A program made the position numbers and the translations under genes. The notes under the pieces are model-generated. The model had not been told where the DNA came from and did no database searches. It saw nothing but the letters and a program-made list of their open reading frames with translations. DNA of 31,587 nt from a virus (Duplodnaviria; Caudoviricetes): positions 1-31,587 of the IMG/VR virus record IMGVR_UViG_3300032328_000042. The stretch is one strand, 5' to 3'. Position 1 is the stretch's first letter, and each line of letters opens with the position of its first letter. Positions 14,545 to 24,238 of this stretch are shown here, piece by piece.

Positions 14545-15729
14545 TTAACGATTTTGACGCTCAAGAATTTTTATATTCTTCTCTTCATTAGGAAATGTGA
14601 CGAAATTACGCGTGTCTATTTCTTTATAGGTTATACCTGGTATGCCTTGTTTTTGCAAAAACATTGATGCGTCTTTTGCAGGATTCTCGCTTCCTGCGCG
14701 TCTATATTCTGCTTGTATTTCTTTATACAATTTTTCGCCACTTGTGCCAGTAGCGCCCGAACCAAATTCTTTCATCATTACTTCACTTACGCGTTTTCTC
14801 AAATCTTCAGGCACAGGATTTTCCCAATCAAGCATTTTTGCAATCTTTTCATCAGGCAAATCAGCTTTATACAAAAACGCTTTATTTTGTTCTTGAAATT
14901 CTCGAATTGTATTTTGTAATTTATCGGCAGAAAGCTGTCTAGTTTCTATATTTGCATTTTGCAATTTCTTTACAGCCAAAGTTGGATCAACATAATTATC
15001 TGCTTTAGTTGGCCGTCCTTTACTATCCCTTGTGGCTTGCCTCATCAATTCAATTCTGGCATCTTTACTTAGTTCTATTCCATTTTGTGATGCAATTCCC
15101 TCAAGATCAGGCAAGCCTTTTCTTACTGCATAGTAATCTGCAAATTGCGGTGATTCTGATGTGTATATTCCATATCCATAAGCCTGCGCTCCCGCACCTG
15201 ATCCAATTTTGCTTGCATCAAATTCTCCAAGAAGATTTGTTTCTGTTGGTGATAATTTATATGGAGAGCCGTGGTACACATCTAAAGGACTAACGCTGCC
15301 CCTTGACATATCACTCAGCAGTCCAGCGCCAAGTCCACCCTTTTGCATAGTGCGCTCAACCACTGGCGCAACAGCTCGTTCAGCAGCCATGCCAGCTCGT
15401 TCAGCTTGCGCTGCAACAGCCTGACGCGGTATTGACGCCAGCATCGCCGCCTCTGGCAATATTGGTGGCAACTTGCTTGATTCAAGCAGGCCGCCAATGG
15501 TTTGCATCATCTCTGGCGCCACCTTACCGCGAGGTTGGTAGGTGTACTGCTCCATGAACTTGCGAGCCTCTTCCTCGGCAATTCGATTAGCTTCTCGCGT
15601 ACCTAGCTTGCCGCTGGTGACGCCCTTGTACACACCATAAGGCATACCCAATAGGCCAGCCATTGCACCGCTACCAAGCGTTGCGCCAGTCTCTCCAAGG
15701 CCCATTAAGTAGTCAAGATAGGTTGCCAT
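14545..15729 (-). CDS. Ejection-block protein with C-terminal ADP-ribosyltransferase-like (ART-PolyVal-like) domain
   Basis: Gly/Ala/Met-rich N-terminus; VYHGS, FDASKIGSGAGAQAYGYGIYTSESPQFADYYA, LYKADL, GIPGITY, NFVTF. Confidence 0.7.
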   Translation of the reverse strand: MATYLDYLMGLGETGATLGSGAMAGLLGMPYGVYKGVTSGKLGTREANRIAEEEARKFMEQYTYQPRGKVAPEMMQTIGGLLESSKLPPILPEAAMLASIPRQAVAAQAERAGMAAERAVAPVVERTMQKGGLGAGLLSDMSRGSVSPLDVYHGSPYKLSPTETNLLGEFDASKIGSGAGAQAYGYGIYTSESPQFADYYAVRKGLPDLEGIASQNGIELSKDARIELMRQATRDSKGRPTKADNYVDPTLAVKKLQNANIETRQLSADKLQNTIREFQEQNKAFLYKADLPDEKIAKMLDWENPVPEDLRKRVSEVMMKEFGSGATGTSGEKLYKEIQAEYRRAGSENPAKDASMFLQKQGIPGITYKEIDTRNFVTFPNEEKNIKILERQNR

Positions 15730-15732
15730 TGT

Positions 15733-17760
15733 TTATTGTCCTTGCTGGAACGCGCCTGGCAGCCTGCCTGCCGTAATGCCTGTCAAACTGTAAGGCACAG
15801 TCTTGCCGGAAAAGCGTGCAAAGTCATTCAATTTCTTTTGCAGCATTGCCATTGCGCTGGTATCAGTCAATGCGCGGCGTACAAGATTAGGGTCTTCGGA
15901 TACAAGTATTTTTGCGACTTGATCACGCTGTGCCTCTGTCATATTTTTATTCTGCTGTGCAGCAACTTTCTTGACGATATTAACTGCTGATGTAACCATC
16001 GTCACAGGATTTGCCGTCATCACATTGGCGATCTCTTCAGCAGAAATATTCATTCCAGTGCGAGATGCCTGCAACAATGTTGGAGCAGTTGAAGAGCCAC
16101 CAAGTATGTAATTCTTAGATGCCTGAGACTGTGCAGCGGTATTGATGCGTTGCAAGATGCCTGCTAATTCATCGCCAGGATAAATAGTACGCAAGATCAA
16201 ACCCTCTTTAGAGTTCTCGTTAGCCAGATTCGCCATCATTGATGTGCGCGTGCCAGTTGTCATTTTGTTGCGAATGGCGTCCATAGTGCCTGCGCGAAAT
16301 GCTGACAATGCGCCAGGCTTTTGCGATAACTCCTCAACAAGTATTGAAACCTCGTCAGCAGTTTTGCCAAACACTTTGCGGCCATCATCGAATGCATCCT
16401 TTGCAGTGCGTCTTACAGCCGCCTGTAAACGCGCATCACTGAGTCTTCTAGATGATGTGTCTATTGCATCACGCAGTGCTAGTTCAACCTCTTTAAGAGC
16501 GCCTCCAACACCTCCACGCCCACTTTGATATGCCTGATCTACTGATGTCTGAATGCCTCGGCGTATAACTTCGGCATCTTCCAAGGTTGGTGTGCGGTTA
16601 AAGTTGATATCGCCATTTTTATCAAATGAGAAGAACGGCTTTTTACCTGTCTGTGCGATATAGATGTCATTGATGTCTTTTACTGCTGATGGTGAACGCT
16701 TGAGAGCATCAGTAACGCTTTTCAATAATGTTGAGTCAATAACGCCACCAGATCCAAAAGCATCTTTGTACGCCTCTGTTTCAAGTTCTTTCAGTTGTTT
16801 GTCATTTAATTTGAATTGACGTAAAACATTACCATCTTGGCCAGCCAATGTCTTTTGCATATCTGTCAGCACTGAAGTGCGTAACTCTTCGGGTCTGCGC
16901 GTAAGGGATGACATTAGTGTCGTTGATGCCTTACCGCCTTGAGCGTATAAACCGCGTACAGCAGACGCTAGTGTGGCATTCTCAGCCATGATCTCACCGC
17001 GAGCAATGCGATCAATGATCTCATCTGTGGTGAGTCCAGTATCACTAGCCAAACGCTGTAATTCAGTCTCAACGATCTTTGCGCCACGCCCACCAGCAAG
17101 ACGGCGTGCAAAGTCTGCAACCTTGTCAACAAGCATTCCACCGCCAGTAATCAATGTCTTTACTGCTGGAGCAACAACAGCGCCTGTCAAAGTGCCGCCT
17201 GGCACTCTTGAGATGCGCTCAAATACATCACCCTCACCAGATAAGAATCCGGTTGTGCCGCCATATAAGCCACCAATTGAAGATGTTGCGGCCAATCCTC
17301 TGATAACAGGCGCAAGTGACATCGCTGCCGCTGGTATGGTTGCTGGCGCAGTCGTACCACCAGAGCCTAGCGTGACGGCTCCAGTTGCAAGCAAACCGCC
17401 CAAACCCTCATATCCAAGTGACTCTAATGGTGCTTGCTGCTGATAAGCCTTTGTCTTTGATCTGATATCAGCCAATGCAGATTCATAGTTCTCACCTGTC
17501 AATGATCGCAAATAAGCCTCTGCCTCATCAGCGCCAGTAAGGGTAGCTCCTTGCGCCATAGACCTCAGACGCTGAGTTGGCGCTGGCGGTTGTACAACGA
17601 CAGGAATTGGGGCTATTTGCGCTGGAGCCTGCTCTTGAGTTGGCAAGCCTCCAGCGACTTGCTTTAATGCCTCAAGTTTTTCGGTTGATAATTTTGAAAA
17701 GTCACCCTTTTGGATGGCCTCCAACTCGTCATAACTAAACTGGCCTAGTCCATCGCTCAT
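15733..17760 (-). CDS. Large DNA ejection/internal virion protein (P22 gp16-like position)
   Basis: 675 aa, Ala/Gly-rich helical protein with hydrophobic Gly-rich segments; operon position. Confidence 0.6.
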   Translation of the reverse strand: MSDGLGQFSYDELEAIQKGDFSKLSTEKLEALKQVAGGLPTQEQAPAQIAPIPVVVQPPAPTQRLRSMAQGATLTGADEAEAYLRSLTGENYESALADIRSKTKAYQQQAPLESLGYEGLGGLLATGAVTLGSGGTTAPATIPAAAMSLAPVIRGLAATSSIGGLYGGTTGFLSGEGDVFERISRVPGGTLTGAVVAPAVKTLITGGGMLVDKVADFARRLAGGRGAKIVETELQRLASDTGLTTDEIIDRIARGEIMAENATLASAVRGLYAQGGKASTTLMSSLTRRPEELRTSVLTDMQKTLAGQDGNVLRQFKLNDKQLKELETEAYKDAFGSGGVIDSTLLKSVTDALKRSPSAVKDINDIYIAQTGKKPFFSFDKNGDINFNRTPTLEDAEVIRRGIQTSVDQAYQSGRGGVGGALKEVELALRDAIDTSSRRLSDARLQAAVRRTAKDAFDDGRKVFGKTADEVSILVEELSQKPGALSAFRAGTMDAIRNKMTTGTRTSMMANLANENSKEGLILRTIYPGDELAGILQRINTAAQSQASKNYILGGSSTAPTLLQASRTGMNISAEEIANVMTANPVTMVTSAVNIVKKVAAQQNKNMTEAQRDQVAKILVSEDPNLVRRALTDTSAMAMLQKKLNDFARFSGKTVPYSLTGITAGRLPGAFQQGQ

Positions 17761-19226
17761 CTTCTTCCTCCTGAACCGCGGCGTTTGATAATTTCATCCT
17801 CAATTGCTTTTTGCAATGGATTTAACTGTGGCGTTCCATATGGTTGCACTTCATACATTGGTGCAATGGTGGAAAGGCTTGGAATTGCTGTTGTCGCCTT
17901 ATTCAGCAAATCTTGATGTGATGCAACTCTTGTCCTTGCAGAGCGTTGTGCCGCCATAAGACCTTGCTGCAACTCTCCTGATGTCAGGCTTTGATCTCCA
18001 CCAGCAGCACGGCGCAAAATTGCTCTTTCGACATCAGTCAATGAGCCCTGTCCACGCATCTGAGATGCAGCATCAAGTTCTTGTTGCGCTAAACCTTGAA
18101 CGACAGTGGCGGTATTTCTAAGAATTTGATCAGCATTGGCTCCACCAATATTTAACTGCTTACCAATTCTCAGCAGAGTTGTTCTTGTATCTGCTGCGGG
18201 TCCAACAATTGCAGTATCAAGTGCAGGCAATATGCGATCAATATTTGAAAGTGTTGCATTGGCAGATTGAGCCATTACGCGAGATTCATCAAGGTTTTTC
18301 ATTGCTTGCGTAGTAGCAAGCGCAACTCCCTGTTTCTCTGCGTTTTGAGTTACTGATAAATTAGTAGTAGAAGCAGATGATTTACGCAATAATTTAACAT
18401 TCTCAAATGTGACTGGTGTATTTGTCTCTTTAAGAATCTGAATTTCACTTGGCAAAGCCTCGGGTTTATCAAGTTTTCTAAAATTATCAAGAGTGATGGG
18501 AAGATTCAATGCCTTTAAATATCTGATCTTCTCAGGCTCAGCCTCTGGCTTATCAAGCAGACGCAAGTTTTCCAAGGTTGGCTTCATGTTAAGTTCAGCC
18601 AGCAACTTTGCCTTTTCGCTTGGCTGAGTCAACTTCAGCATCTCAGGTATGCCTTTTTCAGCAGGCAAATTAGCCAGCATTGCACGTTGTGCTGGGGAAA
18701 GTACGCTCATTCCACTAGGCATAACGCTAGGTGCAGGCTGCCCAATCATGGCGGCACGCTCTACTGTTGGTCCAAGCGCCATGTTAGGCGCTGATATGGC
18801 CTGCTGTGGCGTGATCTCTGTGCCAACTGTAGGTTGAGCAGTTAAAAAGTTTTGATACGCCAATTGAGATTGTTGCGCTCTCTTAGCCTCATCCAGCTTT
18901 TGCTTGGTGAGCAATTGAGCCATAGCACCCTGCTGCGCTTGCTGATATCCGGCGGCGCCTGCTTCCAAACCTTGTCCAAGAACTTGACCAAGATTTGTTC
19001 TTGTAGCGCTTGGACCGCTTGATTTAAGCAGTGCAGCAGCCGCAGACATCATTGCCTGTCGTTGCATTGCTCGGCGTTGCTCGTCTGTCAGGTACTCGCT
19101 CAAGCCACCATCCATGCCGCCAAAGAGTAGGCCGCCAGAGTCCATTGGCGATGCCGCTAATGGCTGTAGGTTGCCAGGTTGCCCATAAAATGGAATTGCG
19201 TTATATGCGTCTGTGAATGCTGACAT
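17757..19226 (-). CDS. DNA ejection/internal virion protein (gp20-like position)
   Basis: Gln/Ala-rich helical protein, LGQVLGQGLEAG motif, internal repeats. Confidence 0.6.
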   Translation of the reverse strand: MSAFTDAYNAIPFYGQPGNLQPLAASPMDSGGLLFGGMDGGLSEYLTDEQRRAMQRQAMMSAAAALLKSSGPSATRTNLGQVLGQGLEAGAAGYQQAQQGAMAQLLTKQKLDEAKRAQQSQLAYQNFLTAQPTVGTEITPQQAISAPNMALGPTVERAAMIGQPAPSVMPSGMSVLSPAQRAMLANLPAEKGIPEMLKLTQPSEKAKLLAELNMKPTLENLRLLDKPEAEPEKIRYLKALNLPITLDNFRKLDKPEALPSEIQILKETNTPVTFENVKLLRKSSASTTNLSVTQNAEKQGVALATTQAMKNLDESRVMAQSANATLSNIDRILPALDTAIVGPAADTRTTLLRIGKQLNIGGANADQILRNTATVVQGLAQQELDAASQMRGQGSLTDVERAILRRAAGGDQSLTSGELQQGLMAAQRSARTRVASHQDLLNKATTAIPSLSTIAPMYEVQPYGTPQLNPLQKAIEDEIIKRRGSGGRR

Positions 19227-19247
19227 TTTTTTACCTCAACTAAGGGT

Positions 19248-19994
19248 TTACGATATTAATCCACTACCAAGCAAAGCGCCAGCACCTAATGCATATGGAT
19301 TTGTGAAGCCCAAAGCATAGGTAGCAGCCGCGCCACCCAAAGCGCCAGCAGCTTGATTCTGATATGTAGGCTGAGTTGTTGTACCGCCAAGATTGCCTGG
19401 CTGTAGACCCAATGCACTTTGCGTAACACCGAGCTTTTGCAAACCGATATTGCGAGCTGCATCAAGCCTTGCCTGCTCAAGTTGCTGTCTAGCACCGCCA
19501 AGACCTAAGACGGACTGCGCCCCTTGCATACCTAAGTTGCGAGCATTCATCGCCAACTGTGCAGCCGTACCATAGCCAGCCTGACGCATCTGCGCTGATG
19601 TCTTGGCGGCCTGCTGTAATGCCGCCTGATCTGTCAGTGACTGCTGTACGCCGTAGCGTGAACCACCAAACGCTTTGGCCGCTGTTGCCTGCTGTGCATT
19701 TTGAAGTGCAGCCATTTGACGTGACTGCTCAATGTCTCCCAATGTGCCTTGGATGACTTGCTGCTCGTATGGATTCATGAACTCTTGAATATCAGCACCA
19801 GTAAATGGCTTGAGTCCGAGATTGACAAGCTGCTCTTCACCTTGCTGATACATGGGATTGAATTCAGCAAACTGCTGAACTGGCAAAGCATTCGCCACAC
19901 CTCTAGCCTGTTCAAGATTTCTGAGGTATGCCGCTTTTACATCTGCATCAATGCTGGTTGTCGCTGTTTGGCTGCCGCCACTGTCTTTGCTCAT
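19248..19994 (-). CDS. DNA ejection protein (gp7-like position)
   Basis: FMNPYEQQVI and AFGGSRYG motifs, Gln/Ala-rich, Gly-rich hydrophobic C-terminus. Confidence 0.65.
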   Translation of the reverse strand: MSKDSGGSQTATTSIDADVKAAYLRNLEQARGVANALPVQQFAEFNPMYQQGEEQLVNLGLKPFTGADIQEFMNPYEQQVIQGTLGDIEQSRQMAALQNAQQATAAKAFGGSRYGVQQSLTDQAALQQAAKTSAQMRQAGYGTAAQLAMNARNLGMQGAQSVLGLGGARQQLEQARLDAARNIGLQKLGVTQSALGLQPGNLGGTTTQPTYQNQAAGALGGAAATYALGFTNPYALGAGALLGSGLIS

Positions 19995-20004
19995 TTCTTA
20001 CCCC

Positions 20005-21057
20005 TTAAACTGTTTCGCCGTTTTCACGAATGAATTTTGTATCTGTTCCCAATGTGTCAAACAATGACATCCAAAACTTTTCAAGTGGCTTGAATATCCA
20101 ACCCCATTTATTTTCGCCGTAATACCACTTGGCGTAGCACACCGCTGGATCAGCAAATGTCTTAACCACAAAGAAGCTGAATAGCTTTGATTTACGCATC
20201 AATGGGATAAAGACTTCAGCCAGTTTGTAATAGCCACGCTTGTTTCTTTCGGTGACTTTTTCATCTCTGTAGCGGCGCACAACCCTGTCCATAGTGCCGT
20301 CACCATAGCGAGCTTCCAGCATGATGAAGCAGCAACTACCACCGCCACTACCACCGCCGCCCCCACCTACACCACCAGTAGCGGCACTTGTAGCAGCAAC
20401 GCCGGCGGCGCCACTACCACCGCCGCCCATTGGACTACCACTTGAAGAACTCACGCCTCCAGTAGTTCCAACTGATGTGCCAACATTTCCAGCAGCGGCA
20501 TTACCAATCGCCATACCAGCCGTAGTATTTGCATTGGCAACCTGACCAACATTACCAGTGCTGGCAATGCCTGACATGGGACTGCCGCTGGTGGAGCTGA
20601 CACCGCCGCTTGAAGTAGTACCAGCAGGACTAGCACCTAATACACTCATCAATATTTGAATAGGTATTGGCGTCAAAAAGTTAATAAGATTTGGACCTTC
20701 CATAGCTCTCACTGATGCTTGCTCGCCTGGTGTTAACTGAGCAAACGCCGCCTCTGCCGCTGCCTGTTGTGCCGCCATTGATGCTTGTTGTGCAGAACTA
20801 GAACCACCAAGCCTCTGATTTATGGCTTGGTTAAAGTTGTTAATTGCGCTTCCTTGTTGAGCTGTTAAATCGTATAACTTATCGTTATATCCACCACTAG
20901 TATCGAGTAAGCCTTGTGGCATTGGCTGATTAAACTGCTTCATCTGAGACATGATCTGCTGATAGCGGTTTCCTTGTGGCGCACTGAGAAGACCACCGCC
21001 AAATTGAGGTGGTGGCAGATTAGTCCAACTTTGACTCGCCAAATCTTCGTTTGCCAT
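20005..21057 (-). CDS. Low-complexity virion protein with C-terminal CFI-box-like domain
   Basis: Gly/Ser/Ala tract then GGGGGGSGGGS-CCFIMLEARYG...VRRYRD...RGYY. Confidence 0.6.
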   Translation of the reverse strand: MANEDLASQSWTNLPPPQFGGGLLSAPQGNRYQQIMSQMKQFNQPMPQGLLDTSGGYNDKLYDLTAQQGSAINNFNQAINQRLGGSSSAQQASMAAQQAAAEAAFAQLTPGEQASVRAMEGPNLINFLTPIPIQILMSVLGASPAGTTSSGGVSSTSGSPMSGIASTGNVGQVANANTTAGMAIGNAAAGNVGTSVGTTGGVSSSSGSPMGGGGSGAAGVAATSAATGGVGGGGGGSGGGSCCFIMLEARYGDGTMDRVVRRYRDEKVTERNKRGYYKLAEVFIPLMRKSKLFSFFVVKTFADPAVCYAKWYYGENKWGWIFKPLEKFWMSLFDTLGTDTKFIRENGETV

Positions 21058-21426
21058 TTATAAATCCTTGCTAAGTACAAACCACTTTGGTTTATAACCC
21101 TCATCTCTTAAAAATGTCTTTGACCAACCCTCACGGCCAGCTAAAGACACTCGCGTGCAACCCATGCTCTTACCCCACGATTCGATCAAAGGTCGCATCA
21201 ATCGGAGTTCATCTAGGTCGCCGCCAGCAAGAAAGAAGTGCAAATTCTTGAGTCGCGGGTAGACAATGATCTCAGTCACCACCACAGAGTCGTTAGCAGG
21301 CCACAATTGAAATCTGCCCTTTTTCAGCCCCTCTGCGATGTCCTCAATTCCATGAGTTCCACCAGAGTATTCTAGTGCCGCCTCAACGTGATGGCGCAGC
21401 CTCTCCAAATCCTCTTCGTCTGTCAA
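21058..21426 (-). CDS. GNAT-fold-like virion assembly protein (P22 gp14/T7 gp13-like position)
   Basis: VVTEIIVYP, LHFFLAGG, GCTRVSLAGREGW; lies between nozzle and ejection genes. Confidence 0.6.
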   Translation of the reverse strand: MTDEEDLERLRHHVEAALEYSGGTHGIEDIAEGLKKGRFQLWPANDSVVVTEIIVYPRLKNLHFFLAGGDLDELRLMRPLIESWGKSMGCTRVSLAGREGWSKTFLRDEGYKPKWFVLSKDL

Positions 21427-22904
21427 CGCTTACCCATCGGAACAACATCAAATCGATTCACGCCAACGCGCCAATCCTCCAAAACTGCGCCTGTGTACTT
21501 GACTTTTACCTGACGCCCAGCAAACCGCACATCGGTTGGCTGTGACGCCGGATATGGTCCATAAGTCGTTTCAGTTGACGTTGGATAAAGCCTAGACTTG
21601 AAGCTGATCTGTACCTCGCCCAAGGTCTGCTCATCGGGTATGACTTGGCGTACGGACATGATGTTCTCACCGACACCAATCTCGTATGGTCCAGACTCGG
21701 CATAGACAGAGCCTGAGTCGTAATTGAATCCAACCTCATGCTCATAGATGTAGCCGTCAGACGACACCATCAAAGGTTGCAAATACACACCCCTGTCAGT
21801 GCCTGCTGTACGCGACATGGAGCCAATGTTCCAATGCGATTCGCGGTAGTTGTAGATGACATAGGAGTCAACTTCATTGCTGGCGCTGGATGGGTAGAAC
21901 CACCATATCTCGCCATACTTGGAGTTATGAACCGCATACACCTTGCTGGCTTGGTTGTAGTTCAGATTCTGGAATACATAGTCAGACACATCGCAAGGCA
22001 AAGGCTTGGCAAATCCATCAAATAACCAAAAGCCTGATGTACTCATCCACATCGCGGCAGTGTCGATGGCTGCAACGGCCTGCGATGAAATCAATCCACA
22101 GCCTGATCCAGCCTTTTCAAAAACATAAACGTATGGCAGGCCGACATAGCTGGCGGTGTGTACATCAACATCTGTAAACAGTAAATTGATGCCGCGAACC
22201 TTTTTGCCTGCTTTTAATGCGCCGACTGTTTGAAGTTCAAAGTCACCCGCCTGATTGTTTGCCGCCGCCGTCCAAACAGTATTGTTTTCCTGATCGCACC
22301 ATTTAACCAATCTAGGGTTGCTGGATGCGCCCAAGGCAAAGATAAAACGCTCGGCTGTAGACATCACAGCCTGACATCCTGTTGGCGCGTTAGTGATGGC
22401 CGCGGCCAGCGTTGGCGTTGAGAATCCCAACTGCCACTCATATATTTTGCCGTCCGAGTCAGAGCAGCCAATGAGGTACTCCCCAAAGGTGTCTAAGCTC
22501 CAAGTCGTTGCTGGAGTTACAGCGCCTGTATCAGGACGCGCCACGCCATAAGCAAAACTCCCATAGGTGGAGTACCCATAGCCAGTCTTTGTCGCGGCAT
22601 TAGCTATGCCTGCCGTGAATCCTGTTGGCGTGATGTCCTTGAGCGTGCCTGCCTCGTTCATGGCATATAGCTTGGAATTCGTACCAGCAGCGATCCATCG
22701 ATCTCCACTATTGTCCCGCCAAGTCAATAAAGCTCGGCATGATCCTGTCATCTGACTAGCAGATCGCTTGCGCCAGCCGCCAATCGGTCTGAGAGTATTC
22801 TCAAACCAACGTACCAAGTTGGCGTCAAACCACCGCCCAGCCGACTGATACTCAGTGCCGTTGCGGTACACGCCTGGTGGGATCTTGAGAGGTATGAGTG
22901 CCAT
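21423..22904 (-). CDS. Tail nozzle / packaged-DNA stabilisation protein (P22 gp10-like)
   Basis: 493 aa Trp-rich beta-propeller-like protein; EIWWFYP...YNYRE..W motif; position. Confidence 0.75.
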   Translation of the reverse strand: MALIPLKIPPGVYRNGTEYQSAGRWFDANLVRWFENTLRPIGGWRKRSASQMTGSCRALLTWRDNSGDRWIAAGTNSKLYAMNEAGTLKDITPTGFTAGIANAATKTGYGYSTYGSFAYGVARPDTGAVTPATTWSLDTFGEYLIGCSDSDGKIYEWQLGFSTPTLAAAITNAPTGCQAVMSTAERFIFALGASSNPRLVKWCDQENNTVWTAAANNQAGDFELQTVGALKAGKKVRGINLLFTDVDVHTASYVGLPYVYVFEKAGSGCGLISSQAVAAIDTAAMWMSTSGFWLFDGFAKPLPCDVSDYVFQNLNYNQASKVYAVHNSKYGEIWWFYPSSASNEVDSYVIYNYRESHWNIGSMSRTAGTDRGVYLQPLMVSSDGYIYEHEVGFNYDSGSVYAESGPYEIGVGENIMSVRQVIPDEQTLGEVQISFKSRLYPTSTETTYGPYPASQPTDVRFAGRQVKVKYTGAVLEDWRVGVNRFDVVPMGKR

Positions 22905-22911
22905 AGGTCAA

Positions 22912-23577
22912 TTATGCTGTTTCTGTAGACAAATTGGACACAAAAGAAAGTGTGGCAATGACTGATGGCACTACTGGCCTAGTCGGTGAGCTGCTGGCGT
23001 CAAAATGCTCAATGCTGACGCTAGTGCTTGTTGGCCTCCACATGATCTCCACATAGTCATTGGCTAACAGACTGACAAAGAAGTTCAACGCGGCAATTAA
23101 GTGAGAGGGATCACCTGCTGATTTTCTTTGTGATAGATGAAATCTGCTGTTTGATTTGTCAATGTTTGTGCCGTTCTTGCGAAACCATACATCCACATCT
23201 TGGCCGTCATTGGTGGTATTTTTGAATTGGATACTAAATTGCAAGTTGTACAAGCCAGCCTGAGACACATTGAGTCTTGACGAATTCGACAAGGTAACGC
23301 CATTGCTAAAGTCGGTGGTGTCAAAGGTGATGGCGTAGGCCGTTGTCGTATTGGCAGCCGTCTGATCTGTTCCGTCTTGAAACGCGCCATATGGGTTGTT
23401 GATGTACTTGCCACCACGCGGTCCAAGGATTGCCGCAAAGATAGCCGTCAGCTTGGAGAAGTAGACATTCAAGCCGCCAAATGAAGTACCGAAAAATCCT
23501 TGGTCATAGGCAGGCGCAGGCGAGCCAAGGTTTGGCTGCGCTGGTGTGCTTATCTGCTGACCAAGGTTTAATGCCAT
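22912..23577 (-). CDS. Tail/virion protein with C1q/TNF-like C-terminal domain
   Basis: YGAFQD...ITFDTTD...GLYNLQFSIQ...DYVEIMW beta-sandwich pattern. Confidence 0.55.
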   Translation of the reverse strand: MALNLGQQISTPAQPNLGSPAPAYDQGFFGTSFGGLNVYFSKLTAIFAAILGPRGGKYINNPYGAFQDGTDQTAANTTTAYAITFDTTDFSNGVTLSNSSRLNVSQAGLYNLQFSIQFKNTTNDGQDVDVWFRKNGTNIDKSNSRFHLSQRKSAGDPSHLIAALNFFVSLLANDYVEIMWRPTSTSVSIEHFDASSSPTRPVVPSVIATLSFVSNLSTETA

Positions 23578-23580
23578 GGA

Positions 23581-24045
23581 TTAAGCCACCAAGCCGTTCA
23601 AATAGGTAGTCTTGCCTGCAACCTTAGTGGCCGTCAATTCTTGACATTTAAGATTTGATGGGTCAAACGACACATGAACCCAGCCCGAGTCGGGTATGCC
23701 TGGCGTGTAAAACTCCAAAATCAATTGCGTGTACTTCAAGTTATCCATAATCCACTGCGCCAGCTCCGCGTTGGGGACGCCAGGTATCTCAATATCTGCC
23801 GCCATACCCTTGCAATGGTCTGAGGACTTCGAACCATTCACAGCGGCATTGGATTCAGGACTGCGATAGGCAGAGTTCACCTTGACACCCTTGCCATAAT
23901 GATCTCGCACAGGCTGAAGAACCTTTTCGCACAATGTACGCAAGTTGTCTATAGCCGCTGCATCAGGCGTATTATCAAAGCCCATACGCAATGCAGTCTC
24001 TGACTTGCACATCTCATGCAGGCTGAAGTTGGCGGTCAGTTGCAT
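23581..24045 (-). CDS. Endolysin, peptidase M15A family
   Basis: LTANFSLHEM, NSAYRS, SDHCKGMAAD, WVHVSF zinc ligands. Confidence 0.9.
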   Translation of the reverse strand: MQLTANFSLHEMCKSETALRMGFDNTPDAAAIDNLRTLCEKVLQPVRDHYGKGVKVNSAYRSPESNAAVNGSKSSDHCKGMAADIEIPGVPNAELAQWIMDNLKYTQLILEFYTPGIPDSGWVHVSFDPSNLKCQELTATKVAGKTTYLNGLVA

Positions 24046-24238
24046 CTTTTACCTTTTCAAATTTAATATCCATGTCTATACAAATTGCTTCAACTGTATT
24101 GCCCTGCTTGGTAATTTCAATTTTCTGTTGAGCAATTTCCTGTTCACACTTTTGCTTGTCCAAAGTGTAAATCTCTGATTGAAAAAACTTACATTCCAAT
24201 GCTATGCAAATGTATAACAAAGGAATGTAAATTGTCAT
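24014..24238 (-). CDS. Small secreted/membrane Cys-containing protein
   Basis: Hydrophobic N-terminus, 4 Cys, ATGA coupling to Rz. Confidence 0.6.
   Translation of the reverse strand: MTIYIPLLYICIALECKFFQSEIYTLDKQKCEQEIAQQKIEITKQGNTVEAICIDMDIKFEKVKDATDRQLQPA

Noticed and set aside
20005-20334. Intein/Hint domain
   Set aside because: It starts with Cys-Phe but lacks the TxxH and terminal HN motifs and looks helical
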